A stretch of 64,000 bases of DNA from Nannocystis radixulma. GTDB taxonomy: Bacteria > Myxococcota_A > Polyangia > Nannocystales > Nannocystaceae. The stretch lies in contig NZ_JAQNDN010000024.1 in assembly GCF_028369095.1 (NCBI RefSeq), positions 153,350 through 217,349 on the forward strand. The letters are read 5' to 3'. A program made the translations under genes and the position numbers. The notes beneath the pieces were generated by a model. The model saw only the letters and a program-made list of their open reading frames with translations, was not told the DNA's origin and searched no databases. Position 1 is the stretch's first letter. The number at the start of each line of letters is the position of its first letter. Positions 1-9,570 of the stretch are shown here, piece by piece.

Positions 1-566
1 ACCGCTGGGTCGCCGAGGTGCTGCGACACGTGGTGTTCGCCAACCCCGACAGCGCGGCCGGCAAGGAGCTGCTGGCCGACGCCTACGAGCAATTGGGCTA
101 CCAGGCGGAGTCGGGGCCGTGGCGCGCGGAGTACCTGCAAGGCGCCTACGAGCTGCGCCATGGCGTGCCGAGCGGCTCGGCGGGCCAGACGGCCGGGCCG
201 GACACGCTGCGCGCGCTGCCGCCGTCGCTGCTGTTCGACCTCATGGCCGTCCGCCTCAACGGCGCGCGCGCGGCCGGGACGAAGCTCAAGCTCGACATCC
301 ACTTCACCGAGCCGAAGGAGCGCTACGAGCTGACCGTCGCGCGCGGGGTGCTGAACTACGGGCGACGGACGGCCGAGGTCGCCGGCGCCGACGCGAGCCT
401 GACGCTGTCGAAGATGACGCTGATCGAGCTGCAGGCCGGCGAGACGTCGCTCGACCAGGCGATCGCGGGCGGGGCGCTGAAGCTGCGCGGGAACCGGGCG
501 GCCGTCGAGGAGTTCCTCGGCCTGCTCGATCAGTTCCCGCAGGCGTTCAACATCGTCACGCCGTGA
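1..566 (+). CDS. MBL-fold alkyl/aryl sulfatase (SdsA1/YjcS family), C-terminal part; the 5' end lies upstream of the window
   Basis: The reading frame is open from base 3 with no upstream stop. The C-terminal region (VAEVLRHVVFANPD...LLADAYEQLGYQAESGPWR..YL.GA.ELR; KLDIHF..YELTV.RGVLNY) matches the conserved dimerisation and SCP2-like C-terminal domains of alkyl sulfatases, by recall. Confidence 0.7.
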   Translation, partial: RWVAEVLRHVVFANPDSAAGKELLADAYEQLGYQAESGPWRAEYLQGAYELRHGVPSGSAGQTAGPDTLRALPPSLLFDLMAVRLNGARAAGTKLKLDIHFTEPKERYELTVARGVLNYGRRTAEVAGADASLTLSKMTLIELQAGETSLDQAIAGGALKLRGNRAAVEEFLGLLDQFPQAFNIVTP

Positions 567-613
567 TGTCTTTCTGGACATGTCGCCATGGACATGTCCG
601 AATGAGCATTCAT
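562..613. repeat. 14-bp-period CATG-core palindromic repeat array, about 4 units (ggacatgtcg/ccat/ggacatgtcc/gaat/gagcattcat)
   Basis: Read directly from the sequence. CATG-type cores fall at 14-bp intervals. The array sits in the gap between convergent genes. Confidence 0.7.
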
Positions 614-1596
614 GCGAGCGGCGGCGCGGCGGCGCGGCTGCGGCGGAGCAGCGGCCAGCTGACGAGCACGAGCACGGCGAACGAGGCGGTCATGATGAGG
701 CGCGAGCTGAGGACGAACAGGGCGATCGCAGCGTCGTCGGCGCCGACCCACTTGAAGCCGCCGACCCACCCGGCCTCCTGGATCCCGAGGGCGCCCGGGG
801 TGAAGCCGAGCATGCCGGCGAACTGGCCGATCGGGGTGGCGGCGGCGATCTGGAAGAAGGTGAAGTCGACGCCGATCCCGGCGGCGGTCGACCAGAACAG
901 CAGCATGGCCGAGAGGTAGCGCAGCAGGCTGTAGGCGCCGATCTGCACGGCGAGGCGGCGGTCGACGACGGGCGGGTCGAGCTCGGCGTCGTCGACGGCG
1001 ACGCGGCGCAGGCGGGCCCGCAGCGCGCGCGCGGCCGCGTAGGCGCGCAGGGCCAGGCGCGTCAGCGGGGCCAGGAACACGGCCGCGAGCGCGGCGAACA
1101 GCAGGCACACGCCGGCGAACGAGCCGACCGCGACCGCGCCGGTGAAGCCACCGCGCCAGACGACCACCGCCCAGGCGAGCAGCATGACCGGGAGCACGAG
1201 GTCGAACACCCGCTCGAGCACGGCCTGGGTGATGGCGTGGCCGAGGCCCCGCTGCGAGCCGGCGGCCCGCAGCGCGACGCCGCGGCCGACGATGTCCATG
1301 ACGAACGCCGAGCTGACCTGGCCGAGGATCTTGGTCAGCGCCAGGCTGTGGAAGTAGGCGATGTGCGGCAGGCGGTTGCCGCCCATCGACTCGGCCATCA
1401 GCCGCCAGCGCGCGCTGGTGAAGAGGGTGGCCAGGAAGGTCGCCAGCAAGCACACGCCGAGCCACGCCGGCCGCAGCTGGGCGCGCGCGAACGCGGCCCG
1501 CAGCTCGTCGCCGCCGGGCACGAGCCACCACACCAGGCCGGCGAGCAGGCCGAGGCCGAGCAGCAGCTTGAGCGCGGTGCGCAGGCGCGGGCTCAC
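610..1596 (-). CDS. UPF0104 / lysylphosphatidylglycerol-synthase-TM-like (flippase-like) polytopic membrane protein
   Basis: The 328-aa ORF has multiple hydrophobic helices and Arg-rich loops. Its composition resembles the LPG_synthase_TM family. It is paralogous to the next gene. Confidence 0.5.
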   Translation of the reverse strand: MSPRLRTALKLLLGLGLLAGLVWWLVPGGDELRAAFARAQLRPAWLGVCLLATFLATLFTSARWRLMAESMGGNRLPHIAYFHSLALTKILGQVSSAFVMDIVGRGVALRAAGSQRGLGHAITQAVLERVFDLVLPVMLLAWAVVVWRGGFTGAVAVGSFAGVCLLFAALAAVFLAPLTRLALRAYAAARALRARLRRVAVDDAELDPPVVDRRLAVQIGAYSLLRYLSAMLLFWSTAAGIGVDFTFFQIAAATPIGQFAGMLGFTPGALGIQEAGWVGGFKWVGADDAAIALFVLSSRLIMTASFAVLVLVSWPLLRRSRAAAPPLA

Positions 1597-1610
1597 GAGG
1601 GGTTGGCTCC

Positions 1611-1682
1611 CGGGGACATGTTCGTGAGGTCATGCTCGAACAGACATGTTTCCTGGGGCATGGCCCAGGGAGCATGGTCGTT
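1611..1682. repeat. 14-bp-period CATG repeat array, 5 units (CATG at 1617, 1631, 1645, 1659, 1673)
   Basis: Exact 14-bp spacing of CATG, read from the sequence. The array lies between two tandem minus-strand genes. Confidence 0.8.
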
Positions 1683-1717
1683 CGAGCAGGAGAGGGCGAG
1701 GAGCATCGCGGGGGCGA

Positions 1718-2860
1718 TCATGGCCGGGCGGGCGGGCGGAGGTCGAGGGCGGCGCGCCAGCCGAGGCGCAGGCGCAGGCTGGCGGCGATGCCGAGCGCGG
1801 CGATCATGGCGAGCTGGCAGGTGTAGAGGAAGAAGGCGTAGGTCGAACCACCGGCGCGGACGACGTCGGGCGGGAGGAACAGGCCGAGCCCGGCGGCGAC
1901 GCCGAGCTGGAAGGTGCCGACGTGGGCCGGCGGGCCGGGCACGAGCAGGGTGAGGTTGAGGACGGCGAGGACGGCGAGCGCGTCGAGCAGGCCGAGGTCG
2001 AGGCCGCAGGCGCGCGCGAGCAGGGCCATGCCGAACACGTTGGTGCCCCAGTAGGCGACGGTGCCGAGCAGGAACAGCAGCAGCGGACGCAACGAGGGCA
2101 GGGCGCGCAGGCCTTCGGCGAGGCCGCGGGCGACGTCGGCGAGGATGGCGGCGGGCCGGGCGGCGATCCGCCCGAGGCCGCGTCGCAGCAGCAGCTCGAG
2201 CGCGGCCGGCCAGCGGGCGAGCACGACGAGCACGACGAGGGCGCTAGCGAACAGGGCGAAGGCGGCGGTGCAGGCGGCGTAGAGGCCGGTCAGCGCCGGG
2301 ACATCCGGCGCGCCGGCGGCCGCGACGAAGAAGGCCGCGCACACGCACAGGCCGTCGACGACGCGCTCGATGGCGACGGTGCCGAGCAGCTGACTGCCCG
2401 GGATGCCGCTGCGCCGGGCGAGCAGGGCCGGCCGCACCAGCTCGCCGAGCCGCCACGGGAGCGCGACGATCCACAGCGCGCCGGCGAGACCGACGAGCAT
2501 GACGTCGCCGAAGCGAACCTGTCCCAAAGGTCTGACGAGGAACCACCACCGCGCCGAGCGCAGGAAGGCGTAGAGCAGCAGGGTGGCGAGGTAGGCCGGC
2601 AGGCCCCAGGCGGCGATCTCGAGCTCGTCGGGCAGGGGATCGAGCTGGCGCTGGACCAGCCACAGCGCGAGCGCGGTGATCCCCAGCGACAGGCCGACGC
2701 GCAGCCACGCGCGCGCGGGTGCAGGCGCGACAGCGAGAGGCGCGGGAGCGGGCGAGGACGACACGCTGGCGAGAGTGTCCCCGGGGCGGCTGCGAAAGTC
2801 AGGACCCGCGTTCGGACCCGACGATCGGGCCGACGCACGCCATGCTCGCGTCCTGGCCAT
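1718..2860 (-). CDS. UPF0104 / LPG-synthase-TM-like membrane protein (paralog of 610-1596); start uncertain, ORF extends to 2989
   Basis: The region homologous to its neighbour (LRVGLSLGITALALWLVQRQLDPLPDEL versus LKLLLGLGLLAGLVWWLVPGGDEL) begins near residue 95 of the ORF. ATG at 2860 is the first plausible start. A polytopic hydrophobic profile follows. Confidence 0.45.
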   Translation of the reverse strand: MARTRAWRASARSSGPNAGPDFRSRPGDTLASVSSSPAPAPLAVAPAPARAWLRVGLSLGITALALWLVQRQLDPLPDELEIAAWGLPAYLATLLLYAFLRSARWWFLVRPLGQVRFGDVMLVGLAGALWIVALPWRLGELVRPALLARRSGIPGSQLLGTVAIERVVDGLCVCAAFFVAAAGAPDVPALTGLYAACTAAFALFASALVVLVVLARWPAALELLLRRGLGRIAARPAAILADVARGLAEGLRALPSLRPLLLFLLGTVAYWGTNVFGMALLARACGLDLGLLDALAVLAVLNLTLLVPGPPAHVGTFQLGVAAGLGLFLPPDVVRAGGSTYAFFLYTCQLAMIAALGIAASLRLRLGWRAALDLRPPARP

Positions 2861-3084
2861 CGACGAGGTCCGGCGCGCCGCGCCCGCAGCGGAGATCGCC
2901 GTGACCGCCGCAGCGAACACGGCTGCAGCGGGCGTCGATCCTCCGTGGCGCGGAGAGGGCGGATCCCCTGCTCGACAGCCGGTGATCACGTCGGACGAGG
3001 CGACGCGGAGGCGCGACCAACGCGAAGAGCGGCGCCGTGGCGCCGCCCTTCACAGGTCGATGCGGCGGGTCGCGCCGCGGTGGG

Positions 3085-3402
3085 TCACTTCTTCTTCGCG
3101 CTGCGGAACCGGCTCAGATCGCTGGGCAGGTCGGCGACGGCGGGGAAGCTCTTCTCGGGGTGCAGCTTGCGGGCGCGCTCGAGCAGGGTCTCCTCGGCCT
3201 CGCGGCGCTCCGGATCGGGGACGCAGCACTCGACGGGGCACACGGCCTGGCACGCCTCGTAATCGTGGAACCCGACGCACTCGGTGCAGAGGTTGGGGTC
3301 GATGACATACCGGTCGTCGCCCTCCGAGATCGCCTCGTTGGGGCACTCCGGCTCGCACGCGCCGCAGTTGATGCACTCTTCAGTGATGTGGGTCGCCATG
3401 GG
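3085..3402 (-). CDS. 4Fe-4S dicluster ferredoxin (YfhL-like)
   Basis: MATHITEECINCGACEPECPNEAI...CTECVGFHDYEACQAVCPVECC carries two Cys clusters of the CxxCxxCxxxCP type. The start ATG is at 3402 inside the longer ORF. Confidence 0.8.
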   Translation of the reverse strand, partial: PMATHITEECINCGACEPECPNEAISEGDDRYVIDPNLCTECVGFHDYEACQAVCPVECCVPDPERREAEETLLERARKLHPEKSFPAVADLPSDLSRFRSAKKK

Positions 3403-3536
3403 TAAAACTGGGCTCCTTCCGGGCCGGGGCCACGCGCCCGCAGTGTGCCACGCCTGGACGGCGGCGGCGCAGCGGGACTGAAGCGGCGAGATGTGACCTT
3501 GCGTCAAGATCGCGCACGCCCGGCAGGAAGTGGAGC

Positions 3537-3953
3537 TCAGGTGTCCAGCAGGGCCTCGATGTCACGGCGCAGCTCGCGGAAGCCCGCGAGCACCCGCTCG
3601 GCCTCGGTGGCGCGGGCTTCGTCGTCGCCGGCCGCCGGTTCGGAGAGGACGGCGAGCACGTAGGCGCCGCCGATGAACGCGCAGCAGAGGCGCCCGTGAC
3701 TTGCCTCAATCAAGATCTCACACGGGCCTCGGCCGCGATCTTGGAACCACGAGCTCAGTCGTTCGGCGGCCCGGTCGAGCTGGGCGCCGAGGATCTGGAC
3801 CTCGAGGGCGGAGGTACGGGCCTCGTCGAAAGCGAGGTCGACAGTGTCGCCCTCGTTGTCGCTGAGCACCGCGCCGCGGGCCGCGGCATCACGCGTGATG
3901 AAGTCGGCGAGCACGCGGCCGAACTCGCTGTAACCCGGAAAAATCTCGGCCAT
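3537..3953 (-). CDS. roadblock/LC7 (MglB-like) domain protein
   Basis: The 138-aa ORF matches the roadblock pattern (GAVLSDNEGDTV...ILIEASHGRLCCAFIGGAYVLAVL). Its start abuts the stop of the upstream lipoprotein gene. Confidence 0.45.
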   Translation of the reverse strand: MAEIFPGYSEFGRVLADFITRDAAARGAVLSDNEGDTVDLAFDEARTSALEVQILGAQLDRAAERLSSWFQDRGRGPCEILIEASHGRLCCAFIGGAYVLAVLSEPAAGDDEARATEAERVLAGFRELRRDIEALLDT

Positions 3954-3980
3954 GCAGTCCGGACATATTGCCGCTCGCGG

Positions 3981-5255
3981 CTACGTTTCGTCATCGCTGC
4001 CGGTGCAGGCGGCGATTCCGAGCAGCGTCTGGTACATGCAGGTGGCGTCGATGATCCGCTGGCTGATCTCCATGGCCGCCGCCTCGTCCTCACCCGTGCG
4101 CACAAGCTCCGCGTAATCCTCCCAATCGGCGAGGTAGGCCTCGGTGTTCAACATCGCCGAGGACATCCCGGCGACGATGAGCTTGGCATAGGTGCGCCCC
4201 TCGACCGCCCCCTTGTAGCTCGGCGGGATCCCGAGGCCCTCGCTGAACGCCTGGTCGGCGTAGTTGCGGGTGCGCTTGGCGAACGCCTTGTCCATTTCGA
4301 AGGCGACCGCCGTGCCGTTGATCATGGCCGGGTCGCCGGCCAGCATGCCCTCGATCACGGCGATCCCCGGGGTGTTGCGGTCCTGCAGCCGGTCGCGCAC
4401 GATCCCGAACACGCCGAGCGCGCGCGCGGCCCGGGTGGCGTCCGCCTCGTCGGCGGCGGCGATCGCCAGGCCGATGATGTCGCGGTGGGCGGCGCGGAAG
4501 AGGGTCTTCTCGATGATCTGCTTCTGCGGGGGGATCCGCCAGTCGTCGATGGCGGTGGCCGGGGCCTCGCCGCTGATGCCGTCGTGGCCGGCCGCGAAGG
4601 CGGCGTCGATGTCGGCGATCATCGGGTCGCCCTCGGCCTTCCAGCCCTCCTCCTGGGCCCGGGTGGCGAGCAGCCGCAGGCCGCCGTCCCACACGCAGTG
4701 GGCCTCGTCCCAGGCGGCGTACTTGTCCTCGGCGCCGGTCTCGACGGCCGAGAGGTTGGCCCGCAGCTGGAACATGAGGGCGGTGTAGAGGTGGCCCTCG
4801 GCGAGCGCGGCCCCGGGGGCGTCGTTCTGCATGAGCGCGGCCGTGATGGCGCTGTCGTCGTCGCGCATGTTGCCCGTGTCGATGCTCTGCACGTAGATCT
4901 TGAGCGCGTCGCCGTAGGCAGCGGTGGCCGCGGCGGCATCGGCGTCGGCGGTGGCGGCGAGGAAGGTCGCGGCCGCCGCCATGGCGTCCTTGCAGGCCTG
5001 GCTGGCGTGGTCGCCGAGGGTGTGCGGGTTCAGGTCGCCGCCCGGCTCGCCGGTGGTCCCGGCCGTCGGCTCGTCCTCGGTGGTCGTCGGGCCGGCCGTC
5101 TCGGTGCCGTCGGTCCCGGTGCCCGGGTCGGTCGCCGGCTCGTTGGTGGTGGGTCCGGCGGTCGAGGTGTCGGTGCCGTCGGTCTCGGATTCATTGCCCG
5201 GGCAGGCGGCCAGACCGAGCGAGAGGGCGAGTAGGGGAAGGCTGCGGAGGCGCAT
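3981..5255 (-). CDS. secreted lipoprotein with T/G/P/E-rich linker; family uncertain (possibly imelysin-like)
   Basis: Signal peptide with lipobox (MRLRSLPLLALSLGLAAC), then a Thr/Gly/Pro-rich low-complexity linker, then a helical domain of about 330 aa. It sits next to a TonB-dependent receptor cluster. Confidence 0.55.
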   Translation of the reverse strand: MRLRSLPLLALSLGLAACPGNESETDGTDTSTAGPTTNEPATDPGTGTDGTETAGPTTTEDEPTAGTTGEPGGDLNPHTLGDHASQACKDAMAAAATFLAATADADAAAATAAYGDALKIYVQSIDTGNMRDDDSAITAALMQNDAPGAALAEGHLYTALMFQLRANLSAVETGAEDKYAAWDEAHCVWDGGLRLLATRAQEEGWKAEGDPMIADIDAAFAAGHDGISGEAPATAIDDWRIPPQKQIIEKTLFRAAHRDIIGLAIAAADEADATRAARALGVFGIVRDRLQDRNTPGIAVIEGMLAGDPAMINGTAVAFEMDKAFAKRTRNYADQAFSEGLGIPPSYKGAVEGRTYAKLIVAGMSSAMLNTEAYLADWEDYAELVRTGEDEAAAMEISQRIIDATCMYQTLLGIAACTGSDDET

Positions 5256-5399
5256 GGAAATCTCCTGAAGGGCGGACTTGGGCGTGCGGCCGGGTCATAA
5301 TGAAAAGGAAAATCATTTGCAAGGTCATTGACGTCCTGTTTCTTGGGTGGAAGTACCTGCTTGACCCCCGGCGGAACGCGGTGTAGAGAACACCGATAA

Positions 5400-6572
5400 A
5401 TGAAAACGATTTTCAATATTGCCCTCGCCGGCGTGGCGACGGTCGCGTGGGGGTGCGTCGGCTACGAGCCGATGATGCCGGACACGTACGAGGGCGAGGG
5501 GCTGCCGCCGGAGGTCGACCTCTGCGAGGGCTGTCTCGAAGACCAGCCGCTCCGCGGCGAGCTGATGCTGCTCGTCAACACCAAGCCGACCGACGGCGAC
5601 GCCAACTTCACCGCCAACTTCCCGCTCGACGCCGAGGGCCGCTACGTCGGCAACGCGCTCTACCTCTACGACCCGTCGAAGCCGTGCAAGGACGGCGGCT
5701 GCCTGAGCAAGCTCGGCAACCTGTGGCTCGACGACGAGATGGGCCCGATCTCGATGTCCGATCAGTCGCTGCTTCGCTTCACCGTGCGCGACCTGGCCTG
5801 GCACGCCGAGAAGGGGCTGTGGGGCCTCAGCTACGACCCGCTCAACGACGAGTGGGGCCTGATGACCCTGGGCGTGCCCGACTGGACCCGCGCCGACAAC
5901 CGCATCGAGAGCGTCCGCTACGCCTTCAAGTACGGCGACGTGAAGGACCCGGCGACCGACGCCTGCTACTGGCGCCAGAGCATGACCGGCCTCGAGTTCG
6001 TCGGCGACACGCTGTTTGCCGCCTCGGCCGGCAAGCCCGGCAACGGCCTCGACGCCCGCGGGGCGCTGTTCGAGCTCGACCCCGCGTTCCTGGCCGAGCC
6101 CAAGCACTGCGTGCTGCCGAGCGACATCAGCAACGACCCGCTCTACTACGCCTGCGATCCGATCTGCTCGGTCCACGCGCAGTTCGAGGAGAAGGTGGGT
6201 GTCTCCGGGGACATGGTCCCGGGGCCAGACGGTGACGTGCTGGCGCTGGTCCGCGGCGAGATGTCGGAGACGTTCCCGGCCGGCCGCCACGAGCTGCTGC
6301 GGGTCGCCGCCACCGGCGAGATGCCCGAGCCGCGCGCGTACGGGCCGTTCATCGACGACATCCCCGCGGGCTCCGAGATCGAGGGCCTGGCCCGCGTCCA
6401 GGGGGCGATCTACGCCGTCGGCATCGGCGGCACGGTCTACAAGATCAGCGAGCCGACCGCCGATGCGCCCTCGGCCTGGCGCTTCGAGGTCCACGACGAG
6501 CTCGGGCCGCTGTTCACCGATCCCGATCGCAGCCTGCGGATCCGCGGGGCCACGGCCGTCGTCGTGCCCTGA
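5400..6572 (+). CDS. hypothetical secreted lipoprotein
   Basis: ATG start with signal/lipobox (MKTIFNIALAGVATVAWGC) and a globular composition. It is immediately upstream of the TonB-dependent receptor. Confidence 0.55.
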   Translation: MKTIFNIALAGVATVAWGCVGYEPMMPDTYEGEGLPPEVDLCEGCLEDQPLRGELMLLVNTKPTDGDANFTANFPLDAEGRYVGNALYLYDPSKPCKDGGCLSKLGNLWLDDEMGPISMSDQSLLRFTVRDLAWHAEKGLWGLSYDPLNDEWGLMTLGVPDWTRADNRIESVRYAFKYGDVKDPATDACYWRQSMTGLEFVGDTLFAASAGKPGNGLDARGALFELDPAFLAEPKHCVLPSDISNDPLYYACDPICSVHAQFEEKVGVSGDMVPGPDGDVLALVRGEMSETFPAGRHELLRVAATGEMPEPRAYGPFIDDIPAGSEIEGLARVQGAIYAVGIGGTVYKISEPTADAPSAWRFEVHDELGPLFTDPDRSLRIRGATAVVVP

Positions 6573-6578
6573 ACCGCC

Positions 6579-9032
6579 GTGCCGCCGTTCGCGTACAGCC
6601 TGGCCCTGCTCCTGGCCGCCGACCCGCGCGCGTACGACGGGCCCGACGCGGCCCCGGACGTGCCTGCTCCGGAGGACAGGTCCGATTGGACATTCTCTCG
6701 GGGGCCTGCTCCGAAGAGCATGCCCGAAGAGACAGGCAGTCCGACGGTGACCGCCCCGGCGGCGCCCGAGGCCGGGGAGCCGCCGCGGACCCCGGGCACC
6801 AAGGTGCTGCCGGGCGAGTCGCGCGACATCGAGGTGACGACCGACCTGCTCGGCCGTTCGACCCGCATCGACGCCCATCGCCACGCGGGCGGGCGCGCAG
6901 TGGTCGACGTCGACGACGCCAAGGCCGAGGGCGCCAGCGGGGTGGCCGAGCTGCTCGACAAGGTCCCGGGGGTGCGCGCGGTCGAGGGCGCGTCGGGGCT
7001 CGGGACGTCGGCGACCAAGCTCAACCTGGCGGTCCGCGGCGCCGACCCGCGGCTGTCGGAGCAGGCGACGATCCTGCTCGACGAGGTGCCGGTGGCGCCG
7101 GCCCCGTACGGCGCGCCGTCGATGGTGCTGTTCCCGCTGTCGCTGTTCCAGATCGCCCGCGTCGACACGGTGCGCGGCGGCTCGTCGGTGCGCTTCGGGC
7201 CGTGGACGTCGGGCGGCGTGTTCAACATGGTCTCGCACCCGATCCCGAAGAACCCGACGGTGTCGGTGTTCGCCCAGTCGGATCAGTTCGGCGACGCCGG
7301 GGCGGCGGCCTCGTACGGCGGCACGCACAAGGGCGTCGGCGTGTACGTCGAGTACGCGCCGCGGTTCGGCAAGACGTACCGCGAGCACAGCGAGTTTCAG
7401 AGCCACGGCGGGATCGTCAAGCTGCAGGTGCCGGTGACCAAGCGCATCGAGCTGCTGTCGAGCACGCACCTGTTCTGGGAGAAGACCAACCTGCCGGGCG
7501 GCCTCGACTCGGCCACCTACGCCGACGACCGGTACGCCAGCAACCGCCCGTTCGACACCTTCAACGGCCACCGCGAGGGCACCAGCCTCAAGCTGCGGTG
7601 GACGCCGAAGGCCGAGCACGAGCTGCAGGTGATCGCGTTCTACAGCCACACGCTGCGCCGCGTGGTCCAGGCGACCAACGAGGACCGCAACCTCGGCGCG
7701 GCGCCGACGTTCTTGCTCGTGCAGCCGCGGGCGTTCGACGTGGTCGGCATCGAGCCGCGCTACGCGTTCCGCGTGCGCCACCGCGGCGGCTTCCACGACA
7801 TCTCGATCGGCACGCGCGGCGTGTTCGAGGCGGCGCGGATCCGCGGCTTCCGCGTCGAGTTCCCCGGGCGCCCCGGCGACCCGCTGCAGGCCGACGGCGA
7901 CGCGCGCGTGTGCCCGCGCGGCGCGGTCCTGCCGGAGGGCTCGCCCAACGCGCTGCGCTGCTTCGACGGCCGGATCGGCGGCTACTCGCTGTACCTCGAG
8001 GACAAGATCTACCTGCTCGACACCAAGCTGGTGCTGACCGCGGGCGTGCGGCTCGAGCTGACCAAGCAGAGCTTTTACAACGTGCTCGAGGGCGTGAGCT
8101 ACCCGCGGCCGTTCTACGGCGGGCCATTGCCGGCGGCGTCGCTGTGGTACGGCGGCGATTACGTCGGGCTCTACCTCGGCTACGGGCGCTCGTTCGGCGC
8201 GCCGAGCTACCTGTCGGGGGCGATCCAGCCGATCAACCCCGGCGAGGCGATGGGCCGGGCGCTGCGCTTCATCAAGCCCGAGCTGGCCGACACGGTCGAG
8301 GCGGGCGTCAAGCTGATGGAGCTCGGCGGGGTGTATGCGACCGTCGACGGCTGGTACCGCTACTTCAACAACTTGCGCGACGAGGGCGAGAACGCGATCG
8401 ACGTCATCCCGGCGGCCCACACCTACGGCGCCGAGGTCGACGTCGAGTGGCTGCCCGGCGAGGTGTGGGAGAAGGTCGAGGGGCTCGAGTTCAACGCCGG
8501 CTACGCCTACAACGGCAGCCGCGTGCTGCGCGACCTCTACACCGGCAACCGCATGCCCTGGTACCCGGCGCACGAGGTGTGGGGCTCGGCCAGCTACGAG
8601 GCGCCGTTCGGGCTGCGCGTCGGCACCAAGATCGAGTGGGTCGACAAGCAGTACACCGACTACGCCAACTGGGACGCGCCGCGCGCGACCGGCGAGGTCG
8701 GGACGATGCCGGCCTACACCCTGATGGGCGCATGGCTCGGCTACCGCACCGCCCTGCCGCAGGGCTGGCGGCTCGAGGCGACCGTCGGCGTCAAGAACCT
8801 GCTGGGCGAGCAGTGGTTCACCCGCTCCGACGACATCAACGGCGGCATCCTGCCGATGCGCCCGCGCACGTTCTACTTCAACCTGGGCTTCGCCCACGAG
8901 TGGATCCGCGGCAAGGCCGGCGAACAGGCGCGCATGCGCTGGAAGGCCGGCAAGGTCAACCGCCGGGTCTGGATCGCGGGCGTGCGGCGGATCGAGCGGT
9001 GGTTCTGGCGCACCTGGGGGGCCATGCTGTGA
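6579..9032 (+). CDS. TonB-dependent outer-membrane receptor
   Basis: Plug domain (AELLDKVPGVRAV...LRGADPRLS..ILLDEVPV) and a barrel ending in ..FYFNLGFAHEW. The ORF continues 41 aa past that terminal strand and has a weak N-terminal signal. Confidence 0.75.
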   Translation: MPPFAYSLALLLAADPRAYDGPDAAPDVPAPEDRSDWTFSRGPAPKSMPEETGSPTVTAPAAPEAGEPPRTPGTKVLPGESRDIEVTTDLLGRSTRIDAHRHAGGRAVVDVDDAKAEGASGVAELLDKVPGVRAVEGASGLGTSATKLNLAVRGADPRLSEQATILLDEVPVAPAPYGAPSMVLFPLSLFQIARVDTVRGGSSVRFGPWTSGGVFNMVSHPIPKNPTVSVFAQSDQFGDAGAAASYGGTHKGVGVYVEYAPRFGKTYREHSEFQSHGGIVKLQVPVTKRIELLSSTHLFWEKTNLPGGLDSATYADDRYASNRPFDTFNGHREGTSLKLRWTPKAEHELQVIAFYSHTLRRVVQATNEDRNLGAAPTFLLVQPRAFDVVGIEPRYAFRVRHRGGFHDISIGTRGVFEAARIRGFRVEFPGRPGDPLQADGDARVCPRGAVLPEGSPNALRCFDGRIGGYSLYLEDKIYLLDTKLVLTAGVRLELTKQSFYNVLEGVSYPRPFYGGPLPAASLWYGGDYVGLYLGYGRSFGAPSYLSGAIQPINPGEAMGRALRFIKPELADTVEAGVKLMELGGVYATVDGWYRYFNNLRDEGENAIDVIPAAHTYGAEVDVEWLPGEVWEKVEGLEFNAGYAYNGSRVLRDLYTGNRMPWYPAHEVWGSASYEAPFGLRVGTKIEWVDKQYTDYANWDAPRATGEVGTMPAYTLMGAWLGYRTALPQGWRLEATVGVKNLLGEQWFTRSDDINGGILPMRPRTFYFNLGFAHEWIRGKAGEQARMRWKAGKVNRRVWIAGVRRIERWFWRTWGAML

Positions 9033-9085
9033 GGACATGTCGCAAGGGGCATGAACGAAGGAGCATGTCCGTATGAGCATGCGCC
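9019..9085. repeat. 14-bp-period CATG repeat array, 5 units (CATG at 9023, 9036, 9050, 9064, 9078); the last units provide AGGAG and the ATG of the PepSY gene
   Basis: Read from the sequence. Confidence 0.8.
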
Positions 9086-9555
9086 GAAGGCTGTTCAAAC
9101 TGCACCAGACGGTCGGGGCCGGGCTGGCGGCGGTGTTCGCGGTGATCGCGTTGACGGGGGCGATGCTGGTGTTCCGCGGCTGCGCGAAGGTGCCGCCGCC
9201 GACCGCGCCGGTGATCGACCAGCCGCTCGCGCTGGAGGCGCTGCTGGCGCGCGCGCAGCGCGAGGCCGGCGACGAGGTGATCACCGACATCGGCCTGGCC
9301 ACCGAACCCGACGCGCCGTGGGTGTTCTGGCTCGACGACGACGACGAGACGGTGCTCTACCTGGCCGGCGACGGCTCGCTGATCGAGCGCCGCCGCACCG
9401 CGGGCGGGCTGACGCAGCTGCTGTTCAAGCTGCACACCGGCGAGATCGTCGGTCTGCCGGGGCAGGCCGCCGCGCTGCTCGCGGGCCTCGGGATGCTGGC
9501 GCTGGTGGCCACCGGGCTCGGTATGATCGTCAGCCGCCGCCGGTCGCGCGGCTGA
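9073..9555 (+). CDS. PepSY-associated TM-helix protein (PiuB-like, short form)
   Basis: N- and C-terminal TM helices flank a soluble segment, typical of PepSY_TM proteins. It lies downstream of the TonB-dependent receptor. Confidence 0.55.
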   Translation: MSMRRRLFKLHQTVGAGLAAVFAVIALTGAMLVFRGCAKVPPPTAPVIDQPLALEALLARAQREAGDEVITDIGLATEPDAPWVFWLDDDDETVLYLAGDGSLIERRRTAGGLTQLLFKLHTGEIVGLPGQAAALLAGLGMLALVATGLGMIVSRRRSRG

Positions 9556-9570
9556 GCGAAAGGACAGACG

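Noticed and set aside
5325-9302. 1325-aa ORF on the minus strand
   Set aside because: It is antisense to the TonB-dependent receptor and two other genes. The Arg/Ala/Gly/Pro-dominated composition is typical of spurious antisense frames in high-GC DNA, and it has no recognisable domains.
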